A stretch of DNA of 64,000 nt from Macrostomum lignano (lineage: Eukaryota), in contig NIVC01003946.1 of NCBI GenBank assembly GCA_002269645.1, positions 1 to 64,000 of the forward strand, read 5' to 3'. Positions 12,110 through 25,035 of this stretch are shown here, one piece after another. How positions within the stretch are numbered: position 1 is the stretch's first letter; each line of letters starts with the position of its first letter. The position numbers were made by a program, and so were the translations under genes. The notes under the pieces were generated by a model, which worked only from the letters and a program-made list of their open reading frames with translations, made no database searches and had not been told where the DNA came from.

Positions 12110-12640
12110 TGAGAGGGAGGAACCGGTGGGACACCATCAGCAACCGGTAGAGAGAGCGACAGAGAAACCGGTGGGACACCCTCAGCAACCGGTAGAGAGA
12201 GCGACAGAGAAACCGGTGGGACACCCTCAGCAACCGGTAGAGAGAGCGACAGAGAAACCGGTGGGACACCCTCAGCAACCGGTAGAGAGAGCGACAGAGA
12301 AACCGGTGGGACACCCTCAGCAACCGGTAGAGAGAGCGACAGAGAAACCGGTGGGACACCCTCAGCAACCGGTAGAGAGAGCGACAGAGAAACCGGTGGG
12401 ACACCCTCAGCAACCGGTAGAGAGAGCGACAGAGAAACCAGTGGGACACCCTCAGCAACCGGTAGAGAGAGCGACAGAGAAACCGGTGGGACACCCTCAG
12501 CAACCGGTAGAGAGAGCGACAGAGAAACCGGTGGGACACCCTCAGCAACCGGTAGAGAGAGCGACAGGGAAACCGGTGGGACACCCTTAGCAACCGGTAG
12601 AGAGAGCGACAGAGAAACCGGTGGGACAACCTCAGCAACA
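12110..12640. repeat. 45-bp intronic minisatellite
   Basis: Unit AAACCGGTGGGACACCCTCAGCAACCGGTAGAGAGAGCGACAGAG; lies between kinase exons D and E. Confidence 0.95.
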
Positions 12641-12667
12641 GGTAGAGCAACAGGCAACCCAGACTTA

Positions 12668-12811
<144 letters not shown>

Positions 12812-12893
12812 TTATTGGATTAAATTTCAAGGTGCTTTAAGTCTCAACCTCTTCTATTCTTAGAAATTCCTTCCCCAATGCAAGAGAACTCAC

Positions 12894-13122
12894 CGCAAAG
12901 TTTAACTGAAATCTTCTCTCTGTCCAGCAAAATGTTTTCAGTTTTCAAGTCCCTGTGCACCAGGCGGAGGCTGTGCAGATAGCCCAGTGCCGAGCTCAGC
13001 TGATAAAAGTACATCCTAGCTAACGACTCTGGGAAGCGCCGAGTTGGGAGGAAAGTCTTCAAGTGATCTTTGATTGTGCCGCCAGCTGCCAGCTCGGTGA
13101 CGAGTATGTACAGGCCATCGCC
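12894..13122 (-). CDS. HUNK: HUNK-like kinase exon C (subdomains V-VII, catalytic loop), inverted
   Basis: GDGLYILVTELAAGG...ALGYLHSLRLVHRDLKTENILLDREKISVKLC; CCTCAG acceptor phase 0, GTGAGT donor phase 1. Confidence 0.92.
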
Positions 13123-13361
13123 CTGAGGAAATTGACGGTTCATTGTTTGTCAGTCAGTCAGTATTGTTTGTCAGTCAGTCAGTCAGAATTGTTTGTCAGT
13201 CAGTCAGTATTGTTTGTCAGTCAGTCAGTCAGTGTTGTTTGTCAGTCAGTCAGTCAGTATTGTTTGTCAGTCAGTCAGTCAGAATTGTTTGTCAGTCAGT
13301 CAGTATTGTTTGTCAGTCAGTCAGTATTGTTTGTCAGTAGAGAAATGGACTGCAGGATTAC

Positions 13362-13490
13362 CTTCAGTGACTGATAGTACCGCACAATGTTGGGGTGCCG
13401 GATGTGGCTCAGCAGGCGGGCCTCTCTCAGCAGCGTCTGTCTGGCAAGCCGGTTTGGCAGCTTCCGGGTGTCCAAAACCTTCACTGCAAC
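13362..13490 (-). CDS. HUNK: HUNK-like kinase exon B (subdomains II-IV), inverted
   Basis: VAVKVLDTRKLPNRLARQTLLREARLLSHIRHPNIVRYYQSLK; CGCCAG acceptor and GTAATC donor, both phase 0; 129 nt. Confidence 0.9.
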
Positions 13491-13554
13491 CTGGCGACGA
13501 AAGAATCAGAGTTATAAAATTGTGTAAACAATTCGCTATGAAAATAGGGTGGGT

Positions 13555-13882
13555 TGCTAATCTAGCCAGCATCACTGATGAAGGAATAGAATGGATTGCT
13601 AATCTAGCCAACATCACTGATGAAGGAATAGAATGGATTGCCAATCTAGCCAGCATCACTGATGAAGGGATAGAATGGATTGCTAATCTAGCCAACATCA
13701 CTGATGCAGGAATAGAATGGATTGCTAATCTAGCCAACATCACTGATGAAGGAATAGAATGGATTGCTAATCTAGCCAGCATCACTGATGAAGGAATAGA
13801 ATGGATTGCTAATCTAGCCAGCATCACAGATGAAGGAATAGAATGGATTGCTAATCTAGCCAACATCACTGATGAAGGAATA
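13555..13882 (+). repeat. 42-bp minisatellite; same family at ~15045-15100 (remnant) and 23022-23306
   Basis: Unit GATGAAGGAATAGAATGGATTGCTAATCTAGCCAGCATCACT. Confidence 0.93.
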
Positions 13883-14301
13883 CGACTAGAACGTACTGTA
13901 AACTTTTCAGTTGAGTTTTCATAGGGAACAGCAAAAGTACATCAGCCCACTCGTCGCGAGCAGTCCAGAGACGGCTCTCTTTTTGTCGGCTCTCTCAGAA
14001 GAACAGAATATTTCCCAACAGAAATGTTACAGAGACAAGAAGATTAGTAACATCCGGTGTCGAACACGATCCCATCTGATTTCCCCAGGGTCACAGGGGG
14101 TTGCTCAGAATAGAGGAGTTGACTGCTGCTAATGGACTGCCCGATCGCGGGCAATTTTTAAAACTGCGTTTATTCCCTAAAACCAATCCGATGCCTCCAC
14201 AGGGTAAATGTTCGGCAAATAAATATCAAAAGCGGCCAGGAAAAGCAAATATTTGCTTAAATCCCAGGTCCAACTAGAGAGCCGGAGTCTCATATTATTT
14301 A

Positions 14302-14778
14302 ATCTAGGATCCGGGATCTGGGATCTAGGATCTGGGATCTAGGATCTGGGATCTAGGATCTGGGATCTAGGATCTGGGATCTAGGATCTGGGATCTAGGA
14401 TCTGGGATCTAGGATCTGGGATCTAGGATCTGGGATCTAGGATCTGGGATCTAGGATCTGGGATCTAGGATCTGGGATCTAGGATCTGGGATCTAGGATC
14501 TGGGATCTAGGATCTGGGATCTAGGATCTGGGATCTAGGATCTGGGATCTAGGATCTGGGATCTAGGATCTGGGATCTAGGATCTGGGATCTAGGATCTG
14601 GGATCTAGGATCTGGGATCTAGGATCTGGGATCTAGGATCTGGGATCTAGGATCTGGGATCTAGGATCTGGGATCTAGGATCTGGGATCTAGGATCTGGG
14701 ATCTAGGATCTGGGATCTAGGATCTGGGATCTAGGATCTGGGATCTAGGATCTGGGATCTAGGATCTGGGATCTAGGA
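14302..14778 (-). repeat. 14-bp satellite (AGGATCTGGGATCT)n, right arm of the inverted pair
   Basis: ~0.47 kb; exact reverse complement of the unit at 10181-11826. Confidence 0.97.
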
Positions 14779-14813
14779 TTAAAGACAAAATATAACCCCC
14801 TGGTATCGCCAAG

Positions 14814-17800
14814 GATGCCGTCAGTTACTGCACGGCCTCCTCGAGACAGATCCGGTCAAGCGGCTTCGAGTGTCCGCAGTCGGACAACTGTGCGGAAATT
14901 CAAATCGATGGCCGATGCTTCAAAGTCGGACGGCCAAAGATGAACAATCAGCTTCGAGGTTGGAAGCTACATCGTTCGTGGTAGGTTGGTGTTTGGTTTG
15001 CCCTGTGTACATAATTATTCTTGCTAATTGGTGCATTGGATTGCTAATCTATTCGCAACCAACATCACGGATAAAGGAATAGAATGGATTGCTATTCTAC
15101 CGATCACGAGTTAACAACAACCGATATATTTGTAGTTTCTAATAGGTAAACAGGTTCAGTTCTGATACGAAAAATGTCTTACCTTACAGGAATATTCAAG
15201 GCTAAACCGGAAAACTGACTTAACATCTCAGGTAATCAGCATTCTTAACAAATATTCATTTTCTCTTTCTTGAACATTTTTTGTAAGTAGAAGTAAAGTG
15301 TGACCTGTGAGTTACTGTAGAATGTGACCAGTGAGTGACTGTAGAATGTGACCTGTGAGTTACTGTAGAATGTGACCAGTGAGTGACTGTAGAATATGAC
15401 CTGTGAGTGACTGTAGAATGTGACCTGTGAGTGACTGTAGAATGTGACCTGTAAGTGACTGTAGAATGTGACCTGTGAGTTACTGTAGAATGTGACCAGT
15501 GAGTGACTGTAGAATGTGACCTGTGAGTGACTGTAGAATGTGACCTGTGAGTGACTGTAGAATGTGACCTGTGAGTGACTGTAGAATGTGACCTGTGAGT
15601 GACTGTAGAATGTGACCTGTGAGTGACTGTAGAATGTGACTTTGACCAGTGAGTGACTGTAGAATGTGACTTGTGAGTGACTGTAGAATGTGACCAGTGA
15701 GTGACTGTAGAATGTGACCTGTGAGTGACTGTAGAATGTGACCTGTGAGTGACTGTAGAATGTGACCTGTGAGTGACTGTAGAATGTGACCTGTGAGTGA
15801 CTGTAGAATGTGACCTGTGAGTGACTGTAGAATGTGACCTGTGAGTGACTGTAGAATGTGACCTGTGAGTGACTGTAGAATGTGACTTTGACCAGTGAGT
15901 GACTGTAGAATGTGACTTGTGAGTGACTGTAGAGTGTGACCTGTGAGTGACTGTAGAATGTGACCTGTTAGTGACTGTAGAATGTGACCTGTGAGTGACT
16001 GTAGAATGTGACCTGTGAGTGACTGTAGAATGTGACCTGTTAGTGACTGTAGAATGTGACCTGTGAGTGACTGTAGAATGTGACCTGTGAGTGACTGTAG
16101 AATGCGACCTGTGAGTGACTGTAGAATGTGACCTGTTAGTGACTGTAGAATGTGACATGTTAGTGACTGTAGAATGTGACCTGTGAGTTACTGTAGAATG
16201 TGACCTGTGAGTGACTGTAGAATGTGACCTTTGAGTGACTGTAGAATGTGACCTGTGAGTGACTGTAGAATGTGACCTGTTAGTGACTGTAGAATGTGAC
16301 CTGTGAGTGACTGTAGAATGTGACCTGTTAGTGACTGTAGAATGTGACCTGTTAGTGACTGTAGAATGTGACCAGTGAGTGACTGTAGAATGTGACCTGT
16401 GAGTGACTGTAGAATGTGACCTGTGAGTGACTGTAGAATGTGACCTGTGAGTGACTGTAGAATGTGACCTGTAATATATATAATATTAACGCATCGGAGT
16501 GGCGGGGCGTACGGGCGCGAAATGGGGTGGTGGGCACACAAGATGTACAGTCAATAATTCAATAGTCATTTAGTTAGTCATTCAGTCACAAGTGCAGCGG
16601 CAGACTCCAGCGCTGCCTCATCTCCCCCTTCGAAATGGGTCGGGGGCACGCCTGGGGTTGACCGAACCGGGTAGCGAGGTGCTGCTGTTTGAATTGGGCT
16701 TTGTTCGGATCCAACGAACGGGTCCTGACCGAGTTCTCCGGGCGGATCCTGACCGAGTTCGCCGGGCGGGTCCTGACTGAGTCCTCCGGGCGGGTCCTGA
16801 CTGAGTCCTCCGGGCGGGTCCTGACCGAGTCCTCCGGGCGGGTCCTGACCGAGTTCTCCGGGCGGGTCCTGACTGAGTCCTCCGGGCGGGTCCTGACCGA
16901 GTCCTCCGGGCGGGTCCTGACCGAGTCCGCCGGGCGGGTCCTGACCGAGTCCGCCGGGCGGGTCCTGACCGAGTCCGCCGGGCGGGTCCTGACCGAGTTC
17001 GATTGGTAGATTCTGACCGAATTGTTCTGGCTGGTCCTGGTCTGCTACAACGCGGCTCAGCTGATCCGCATGCGCCGCATCCGCATCCGCATGCGTCTTG
17101 ACGAGCGATAAGGGCAGTGTTGGTGCTCCTGACGCTGCTGATCTCCAGGCGTGTACCACAGGCTCGCTCTGATTGGTGTGCGCATGGTTATCGGGTTGCG
17201 TAGTTGTCGACCCATGAGCTGCGACGGGCTCTGCTGGCGCCCAGCATGCGGCACACACCTGTAGTTTAGCAGTACCCTGGATAGGAAGGACTCGTAGCTT
17301 TCGGACTGGTCCCACGCCGCAGATGATTTCTTGATAGACTGGACCATCCGCTCGGCCAAGCCGTTAGACTGAGGGTGCCGCAAGGGAGTCTTGATGGAGC
17401 GGCAGCCGATTCTTTCCAGCCAGGCGACCAGATTGGCGTCGTGGAACTCGGCGGCGTTGTCACTAACAAGCACTTGAGGCACGCCGTTTCTAGCAAAGAT
17501 CTCCTGCAACACCCGCTTGACTGTCGCCGCGTCCCTATTTTGCAGCCTCAGGCCAGCCGGACATAGCGTCCAGGAGTCCGACCCTCGGCACGCATGCATG
17601 ATCCATGTGGACTCTGTACCACGGCTTTTCCTCGTCGGGCCAACTGTGGACACTCTCCAGACCACTCGGACGCAGTCTTGAGCAGGTCGGACAACCTCGA
17701 ACGTAGGCCTCGACGTCGTTGCAATAGCCGGGCCACCGGGCTGAATTCTGTAGGCGAGCGCGCGTTGAGCCAGATCCTTGATGCGTGTCGTGCATGATTC

Positions 17801-20800
17801 CAAGAACGCTTTGTCGCAGGACAGCCGGGATGACTGGGCGATCACCGTAGCAGAGAACTCTGTTGTCCGTCGTGAGGGCGTGTCGGATGGCCTTGAAAGG
17901 TCATCCGACTGTAGAACGTGACCTGTTAGTGACTGTAGAATGTGACTTTGACCTGTGAGTGACTGTAGAATGTGACCAGTGAGTGACTGTAGAATGTGAC
18001 CAGTGAGTGACTGTAGAATGTGACCAGTGAGTGACTGTAGAATGTGACCTGTTAGTGACTGTAGAATGTGACCTGTGAGTGACTGTAGAATTTGACCTGT
18101 TAGTGACTGTAGAATGTGACCTGTTAGGGACTGTAGAATGTGACCTGTGAGTGACTGTAGAATGTGACCTGTGAGTGACTGTAGAATGTGACCTGTGAGT
18201 GACTGTAGAATGTGACCTGTGAGTGACTGTAGAATGTGACCTGTGAGTGACTGTAGAATGTGACTTTGACCAGTGAGTGACTGTAGAATGTGACTTGTGA
18301 GTGACTGTAGAGTGTGACCTGTGAGTGACTGTAGAATGTGACCTGTTAGTGACTGTAGAATGTGACCTGTTAGTGACTGTAGAATGTGACCTGTGAGTGA
18401 CTGTAGAATGTGACCTGTGAGTGACTGTAGAATGTGACCTGTTAGTGACTGTAGAATGTGACCTGTGAGTGACTGTAGAATTTGACCTGTTAGTGACTGT
18501 AGAATGTGACCTGTTAGGGACTGTAGAATGTGACCTTTGAGTGACTGTAGAATGTGACCTGTGAGTGACTGTAGAATGCGACCTGTGAGTGACTGTAGAA
18601 TGTGACCTGTGAGTGACTGTAGAATGTGACCTGTTAGTGACTGTAGAATGTGACCTGTGAGTGACTGTAGAATTTGACCTGTTAGTGACTGTAGAATGTG
18701 ACCTGTTAGGGACTGTAGAATGTGACCTGTGAGTGACTGTAGAATGTGACCTGTGAGTGACTGTAGAATGCGACCTGTGAGTGACTGTAGAATGTGACCT
18801 GTGAGTGACTGTAGAATGTGACCTGTGAGTGACTGTAGAATGTGACTTTGACCAGTGAGTGACTGTAGAATGTGACTTGTGAGTGACTGTAGAGTGTGAC
18901 CTGTGAGTGACTGTAGAATGTGACCTGTTAGTGACTGTAGAATGTGACCTGTTAGTGACTGTAGAATGTGACCTGTGAGTGACTGTAGAATGTGACCTGT
19001 TAGTGACTGTAGAATGTGACCTGTTAGTGACTGTAGAATGTGACCTGTGAGTGACTGTAGAATGCGACCTGTGAGTGACTGTAGAATGTGACCTGTTAGT
19101 GACTGTAGAATGTGACATGTTAGTGACTGTAGAATGTGACCTGTGAGTTACTGTAGAATGTGACCTGTGAGTGACTGTAGAATGTGACCTTTGAGTGACT
19201 GTAGAATGTGACCTGTGAGTGACTGTAGAATGTGACCTGTGAGTGACTGTAGAATGTGACCTGTGAGTGACTGTAGAATGTGACCTGTAATATATATAAT
19301 ATTAACGCATCGGAGTGGCGGGGCGTACGGGCGCGAAATGGGGTGGTGGGCACACAAGATGTACAGTCAATAATTCAATAGTCATTTAGTTAGTCATTCA
19401 GTCACAAGTGCAGCGGCAGACTCCAGCGCTGCCTCATCTCCCCCCTTCGAAATGGGTCGGGGGCACGCCTGGGGTTGACCGAACCGGGTAGCGAGGTGCT
19501 GCTGTTTGAATTGGGCTTTGTTCGGATCCAACGAACGGGTCCTGACCGAGTTCTCCGGGCGGATCCTGACCGAGTTCGCCGGGCGGGTCCTGACTGAGTC
19601 CCCCGGGCGGGTCCTGACTGAGTCCTCCGGGCGGGTCCTGACCAAGTCCTCCGGGCGGGTCCTGACCGAGTTCTCCGGGCGGGTCCTGACTGAGTCCTCC
19701 GGGCGGGTCCTGACCGAGTCCTCCGGGCGGGTCCTGACCGAGTCCGCCGGGCGGGTCCTGACCGAGTCCGCCGGGCGGGTCCTGACCGAGTCCGCCGGGC
19801 GGGTCCTGACCGAGTTCGATTGGTAGATTCTGACCGAATTGTTCTGGCTGGTCCTGGTCTGCTACAACGCGGCTCAGCTGATCCGCATGCGCCGCATCCG
19901 CATCCGCATGCGTCTTGACGAGCGATAAGGGCAGTGTTGGTGCTCCTGACGCTGCTGATCTCCAGGCGTGTACCACAGGCTCGCTCTGATTGGTGTGCGC
20001 ATGGTTATCGGGTTGCGTAGTTGTCGACCCATGAGCTGCGACGGGCTCTGCTGGCGCCCAGCATGCGGCACACACCTGTAGTTTAGCAGTACCCTGGATA
20101 GGAAGGACTCGTAGCTTTCGGACTGGTCCCACGCCGCAGATGATTTCTTGATAGACTGGACCATCCGCTCGGCCAAGCCGTTAGACTGAGGGTGCCGCAA
20201 GGGAGTCTTGATGGAGCGGCAGCCGATTCTTTCCAGCCAGGCGACCAGATTGGCGTCGTGGAACTCGGCGGCGTTGTCACTAACAAGCACTTGAGGCACG
20301 CCGTTTCTAGCAAAGATCTCCTGCAACACCCGCTTGACTGTCGCCGCGTCCCTATTTTGCAGCCTCAGGCCAGCCGGACATAGCGTCCAGGAGTCCGACC
20401 CTCGGCACGCATGCATGATCCATGTGGACTCTGTACCACGGCTTTTCCTCGTCGGGCCAACTGTGGACACTCTCCAGACCACTCGGACGCAGTCTTGAGC
20501 AGGTCGGACAACCTCGAACGTAGGCCTCGACGTCGTTGCAATAGCCGGGCCACCGGGCTGAATTCTGTAGGCGAGCGCGCGTTGAGCCAGATCCTTGATG
20601 CGTGTCGTGCATGATTCCAAGAACGCTTTGTCGCAGGACAGCCGGGATGACTGGGCGATCACCGTAGCAGAGAACTCCGTTGTCCGTCGTGAGGGCGTGT
20701 CGGATGGCCTTGAAAGGTCATCCGACTGTAGAACGTGACCTGTTAGTGACTGTAGAATGTGACTTTGACCTGTGAGTGACTGTAGAATGTGACCAGTGAG

Positions 20801-23800
20801 TGACTGTAGAATGTGACCAGTGAGTGACTGTAGAATGTGACTTTGACCTGTGAGTGACTGTAGAATGTGACCAGTGAGTGACTGTAGAATGTGACCAGTG
20901 AGTGACTGTAGAATGTGACCAGTGAGTGACTGTAGAATGTGACTTTGACCTGTGAGTGACTGTAGAATGTGACCAGTGAGTGACTGTAGAATGTGACCAG
21001 TGAGTGACTGTAGAATGTGACCAGTGAGTGACTGTAGAATGTGACTTTGACCTGTGAGTGACTGTAGAATGTGACCAGTGAGTGACTGTAGAATGTGACC
21101 AGTGAGTGACTGTAGAATGTGACTTTGATCTGTGAGTGACTGTAGAATGTGACCAGTGAGTGACTGTAGAATGTGACCTGTTTATGGCAGTCACCTGTCC
21201 CCCGTTGCTATGCAGGCCATCGCGCAATTGTCGAGTTTGCTCCAACTACCAGTCGAACTTATTTGCCAATATTTTTCGGCAAAGCATGAAGCCGAAGAGG
21301 CTGGGTTCTCTGAGATTCGAGCAATGGTCACCATGCTGGAGGATCGCATATGGCAGCAACCTTCCGGTGCTTCTCGGGCACAGCAAACTGGTAGGGATTT
21401 GTGAATGTGTCTGTGAATGTGTCTGTGAATGCGTCTGTGAATGTGTCTGTGAATGTGTCTGTGAATGTGTCTGTGAATGTGTCTGTGAATGTGTCTGTGA
21501 ATGTGTCTGTGAATGTGTCTGTGAATGTGTCTGTGAATGTGTCTGTGAATGTGTCTGTGAATGCGTCTGTGAATGTGTCTGTGAATGTGTCCGTGAATGT
21601 GTTTGTAAATGTGTCTGTGAATGTGTCTGTGACTGTGTCTGTGAATGTGTCTGTGAATGTGTCTGTGATGCATCTGTGAATGTGTCTGTGACTGTGTTTG
21701 TAAATATTTCTGTGAATGTGTCTGTGAATGTGTCTGTGAATGTGTCTGTGATGCATCTGTGAATATGTCTTTGAATGTGTCTGTGAATGTGTCTGTGAAT
21801 GTGTTTGTAAATATTTCTGTGAATATTTCTGTGAATGTGTCTGTGAATGTGTCTGTGAATGCGTCTGTGAATGTGTCTGTGAATGTGTCTGTGAATGCGT
21901 CTGTGAATGTGTCTGTGAATGTGTCTGTGAATGCGTCTGTAATGTGTCTGTGAATGTGTCTGTGAATGTGTCTGTGAATGCGTCTGTGAATGTGTCTGTG
22001 AATGTGTCTGTGAATGCGTCTGTGAATGTGTCTGTGAATGTGTCTGTGAATGTGTCTGTGAATGTGTCTGTGAATGCGTCTGTGAATGCGTCTGTGAATG
22101 TGTCTGTGAATGCGTCTGTGAATGTGTCTGTGAATGTGTCCGTGAATGTGTTTGTAAATGTGTCTGTGAATGTGTCTGTGAATGTGTCTGTGAATGTGTC
22201 TGTGAATGTGTCTGTGAATGTGTCTGTGAATGCGTCTGTGAATGCGTCTGTGAATGTGTCTGTGAATGCGTCTGTGAATGTGTCTGTGAATGTGTCCGTG
22301 AATGTGTTTGTAAATGTGTCTGTGAATGTGTCTGTGACTGTGTCTGTGAATGTGTCTGTGAATGTGTCTGTGATGCATCTGTGAATGTGTCTGTGACTGT
22401 GTTTGTAAATATTTCTGTGAATGTGTCTGTGAATGTGTCTGTGAATGTGTCTGTGATGCATCTGTGAATATGTCTTTGAATGTGTCTGTGAATGTGTCTG
22501 TGAATGTGTTTGTAAATATTTCTGTGAATATTTCTGTGAATGTGTCTGTGAATGTGTCTGTGAATGCGTCTGTGAATGTGTCTGTGAATGTGTCTGTGAA
22601 TGCGTCTGTGAATGTGTCTGTGAATGTGTCTGTGAATGCGTCTGTGAATGTGTCTGTGAATGTGTCTGTGAATGTGTCTGTGAATGTGTCTGTGAATGCG
22701 TCTGTGAATGCGTCTGTGAATGTGTCTGTGAATGCGTCTGTGAATGTGTCTGTGAATGTGTCCGTGAATGTGTTTGTAAATGTGTCTGTGAATGTGTCTG
22801 TGAATGTGTCCGTGATGCATCTGTGAATATGTCTTTGAATGTGTCTGTGAATGTGTCTGTGAATGCATTTGTAAATATTTCTGTGAATGTGTCTGTGAAT
22901 GTGTCTGTGAATTTTTCTGTTATTGACAATCAATCATTATTGTGATAAATGTTTGCACTCAAAAACATTTTCACAGTAAAAGTTTGAAACCCGAGTGATA
23001 AAGAGACCTCCAACACATCACGGATGAAGGAATAGAATGGATTGCTAATCTAGCCAACATCACTGATGAAGGAATAGAATGGATTGCTAATCCAGCCAGC
23101 ATCTCTGATGAAGGAATAGAATGGATTGCTAATCTAGCCAGCATCACTGATGAAGGAATAGAATGGATTGCTAATCTAGCCAGCATCACTGATGAAGGAA
23201 TAGAATGGATTGCTAATCTAGCCAGCATCACTGATGAAGGAATAGAATGGATTGCTAATCTAGCCAGCATCACTGATGAAGGAATAGAATGGATTGCTAA
23301 TCCAGCCAATTACCCGTATTTCAGGTGTTATGCACACACCTCTGCCTAACAAGCAGAAGACTCAGACAACTGAGCTCCAACATCATGAGCAGGAGCAGCA
23401 GAATCATCAGAGTCCAACCAAAGCTCCAAATAAAACTTCCGGCCGTCGTTTCTTGCACCGTCTGCTAGGCCTCCGAGATCGTCTGAGGCGTCGTAAAAAG
23501 TCGTCGAAGATATTCTCGCCCAGTGAACATCCGGGACCTGGCACTGACGGCGGCTGCAGACAACAAACAGCAGCGGTCGCTGAGCTTCGCAGTCAGCTGC
23601 TGGCTGCTGTGGACCAGGAGGCTGCCGGTGAGTAGCTTAATGGCTAGCGCGCCTGTTCTGCAATCGGTAGGGCGGTGGTTCGAATCTTGATCCTACCAAG
23701 TCTTTTTTTAACGATTTTTACCACTAACAAATCAGCTTACTTAAAGTAGCTTACTTTGTATTTACTTCAATGGTTATATACATGTATTAATTTAAATTTA

Positions 23801-24298
23801 AATTCTCTAATTTTTTTTCTTACTTACTGAGCATAATGAAGTAGTATAAAGGGGGTTTTGAATAAATATGAATTGAAAAATTGAATTTCAGCAAATCATC
23901 AACACAAGCCAATCGACAGACCAACAAACTTGCCACTAGACGAGATCGAATCTGTAAGCCGCAGTTTTATAATTTTCAATCTGTGTTTTCGATACATATC
24001 GGTAGTTGTCAACTTTGCTATATATTTTCTAACAGCCGTCCCTCGTCGCCGACCTCCGGCTTCGGGCAAGTCGGCAGCTGCTGCGCGATCAGCTGATGGA
24101 CTCGGCGGAGAGGCTCGTGGCGTCATGTCGGTGCAGCCAGGAGGCGCCGAGGGCGGAGGCGGAGCTGCTGGAAAGTCCGGCGGGACCGGCGCCAGGTGGT
24201 CTCCTAGCAACCACGGCTCAGGTGCACCAGGGCTCAGTGACTGCAGCCACTGCGTCTGGCAGGCCTGCGAGGCCCAACGGCCTTCTGATCCGCGTTGA
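14814..24298 (+). CDS. HUNK: HUNK-like kinase 3' exons F-I (14814-14980, 21216-21390, 23325-23627, 24036-24298)
   Basis: Exon F (G)CRQLLHGLLETDPVKRLRVSAV is subdomain XI. Exon G AIAQLSSLLQLPVELICQYF... is a possible UBA-like region. H and I form a low-complexity tail ending in TGA at 24298. Phases 1/0, 0/1, 1/1 and 1/stop are all compatible through GT-AG sites. Confidence 0.8.
16470..17905 (-). mobile_element. 5'-truncated Ty3/Gypsy LTR retrotransposon: integrase + PPT + 151-bp 3' LTR (copy 1)
   Basis: HHCC region LRQSVLGIMHDTHQG...WPG...CPTC; core RVHMDH, GVPQVLVSDNAAEF, HPQSNGLAERMVQSIK; frameshift near 17545. It has an internal 24-bp GQDPPGGL repeat, PPT AAGGGGGAGA at 16621-16630, and an LTR TGAGGC...TTACA at 16620-16470. 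Confidence 0.88.
19286..20722 (-). mobile_element. Ty3/Gypsy integrase + PPT + 3' LTR fragment (copy 2, near-identical)
   Basis: Same sequence offset by 2816-2817 nt. LTR at 19436-19286. It has one extra C in the PPT and a few substitutions (~19601, ~19644, ~20678). Confidence 0.88.
21400..22915. repeat. 12-bp minisatellite (TGTCTGTGAATG)n with internal higher-order duplication
   Basis: Direct reading; source of the HRHI / TFTD / SQTH pseudo-ORFs. Confidence 0.95.
23627..23709 (+). ncRNA. tRNA-like Pol III unit (pseudo-tRNA or SINE head)
   Basis: A box TAGCTTAATGG 23633-23643, B box GGTTCGAATC 23677-23686, T7 terminator 23703-23709. Stems pair poorly, so a functional tRNA is not supported. 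Confidence 0.45.
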
Positions 24299-24304
24299 TG
24301 CGTT

Positions 24305-25035
24305 CGCCCCCTCCAAATCCGCCCCTTCCCAATCCGCCCCTTCCCAATCCGCCCCTTCCCAATCCGCCCCCTCCCAATCCGTCCCCTCCCAATCCGCCCC
24401 TTCCCAATCCGCCACCTCCCAATCCGTCCCCTCTCAATCCGTCCCCTCCCAATCCGTCCCCTCCCAATCCGTCCCCTCTCAATCCGCCCCTTCCCAATCC
24501 ACCCCCTCCCAATCCCCCTCATTCAAATCGACCCCCTCCTGATCTGCCCCTTCCCGATTCACCCGCCCTTCCACGCTGATAACAAGCTCCATCCGCTCTC
24601 TACTATACTTAATCCGCTCCCTACTAAATCCGCTCCCTACTAAATCCGCTCCCTACTAAATCCGCTCCCTACTAAATCCGCTCCCTACTAAATCCGCTCC
24701 CTACTAAATCCGCTCCCTACTAAATCCGCTCCCTACTAAATCCGCTCCCTACTAAATCCGCTCCCTACTAAATCCGCTCCCTACTAAATCCGCTCCTTAC
24801 TAAATCCGCTCCCTACTAAATCTGCTCCCTACTAAATCCGCTCCCTACTAAATCCGCTCCCTACTAAATCCGCTCCCTACTAAATCCGCTCCCTACTAAA
24901 TCCGCTCCTTACTAAATCCGCTCCCTACTAAATCTGCTCCCTACCAAAACCGTTCCCTACTGAATCCACACCTTACCAAATCAGCTCCCTACCAAATCCG
25001 CTCCCTATCAAATCCGCTCCCTACCAAATCCGCCC
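24305..25035. repeat. 15-bp (CCCAATCCGCCCCTT) then 16-bp (CTACTAAATCCGCTCC) arrays just after the kinase stop
   Basis: Direct reading. Confidence 0.9.

Larger units (their letters stand above)
15297..21180. repeat. 24-bp satellite (GTGACCTGTGAGTGACTGTAGAAT)n in three blocks (15297-16470, 17906-19286, 20723-21180) around two retroelement fragments
   Basis: Direct reading; source of the RSHSTVTH pseudo-ORFs; within kinase intron F-G. Confidence 0.95.

Noticed and set aside
15256-21245. RSHSTVTH ORFs of 175-405 aa, or a CRISPR-like array
   Set aside because: Head-to-tail 24-bp units with no unique spacers and no cas genes, in a eukaryotic intron.
21191-22933. Long ORFs of 533-580 aa (HRHI, SQTH, TFTD repeats)
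   Set aside because: Stop-free translations of a 12-bp array inside a phase-consistent kinase intron; no independent coding evidence.
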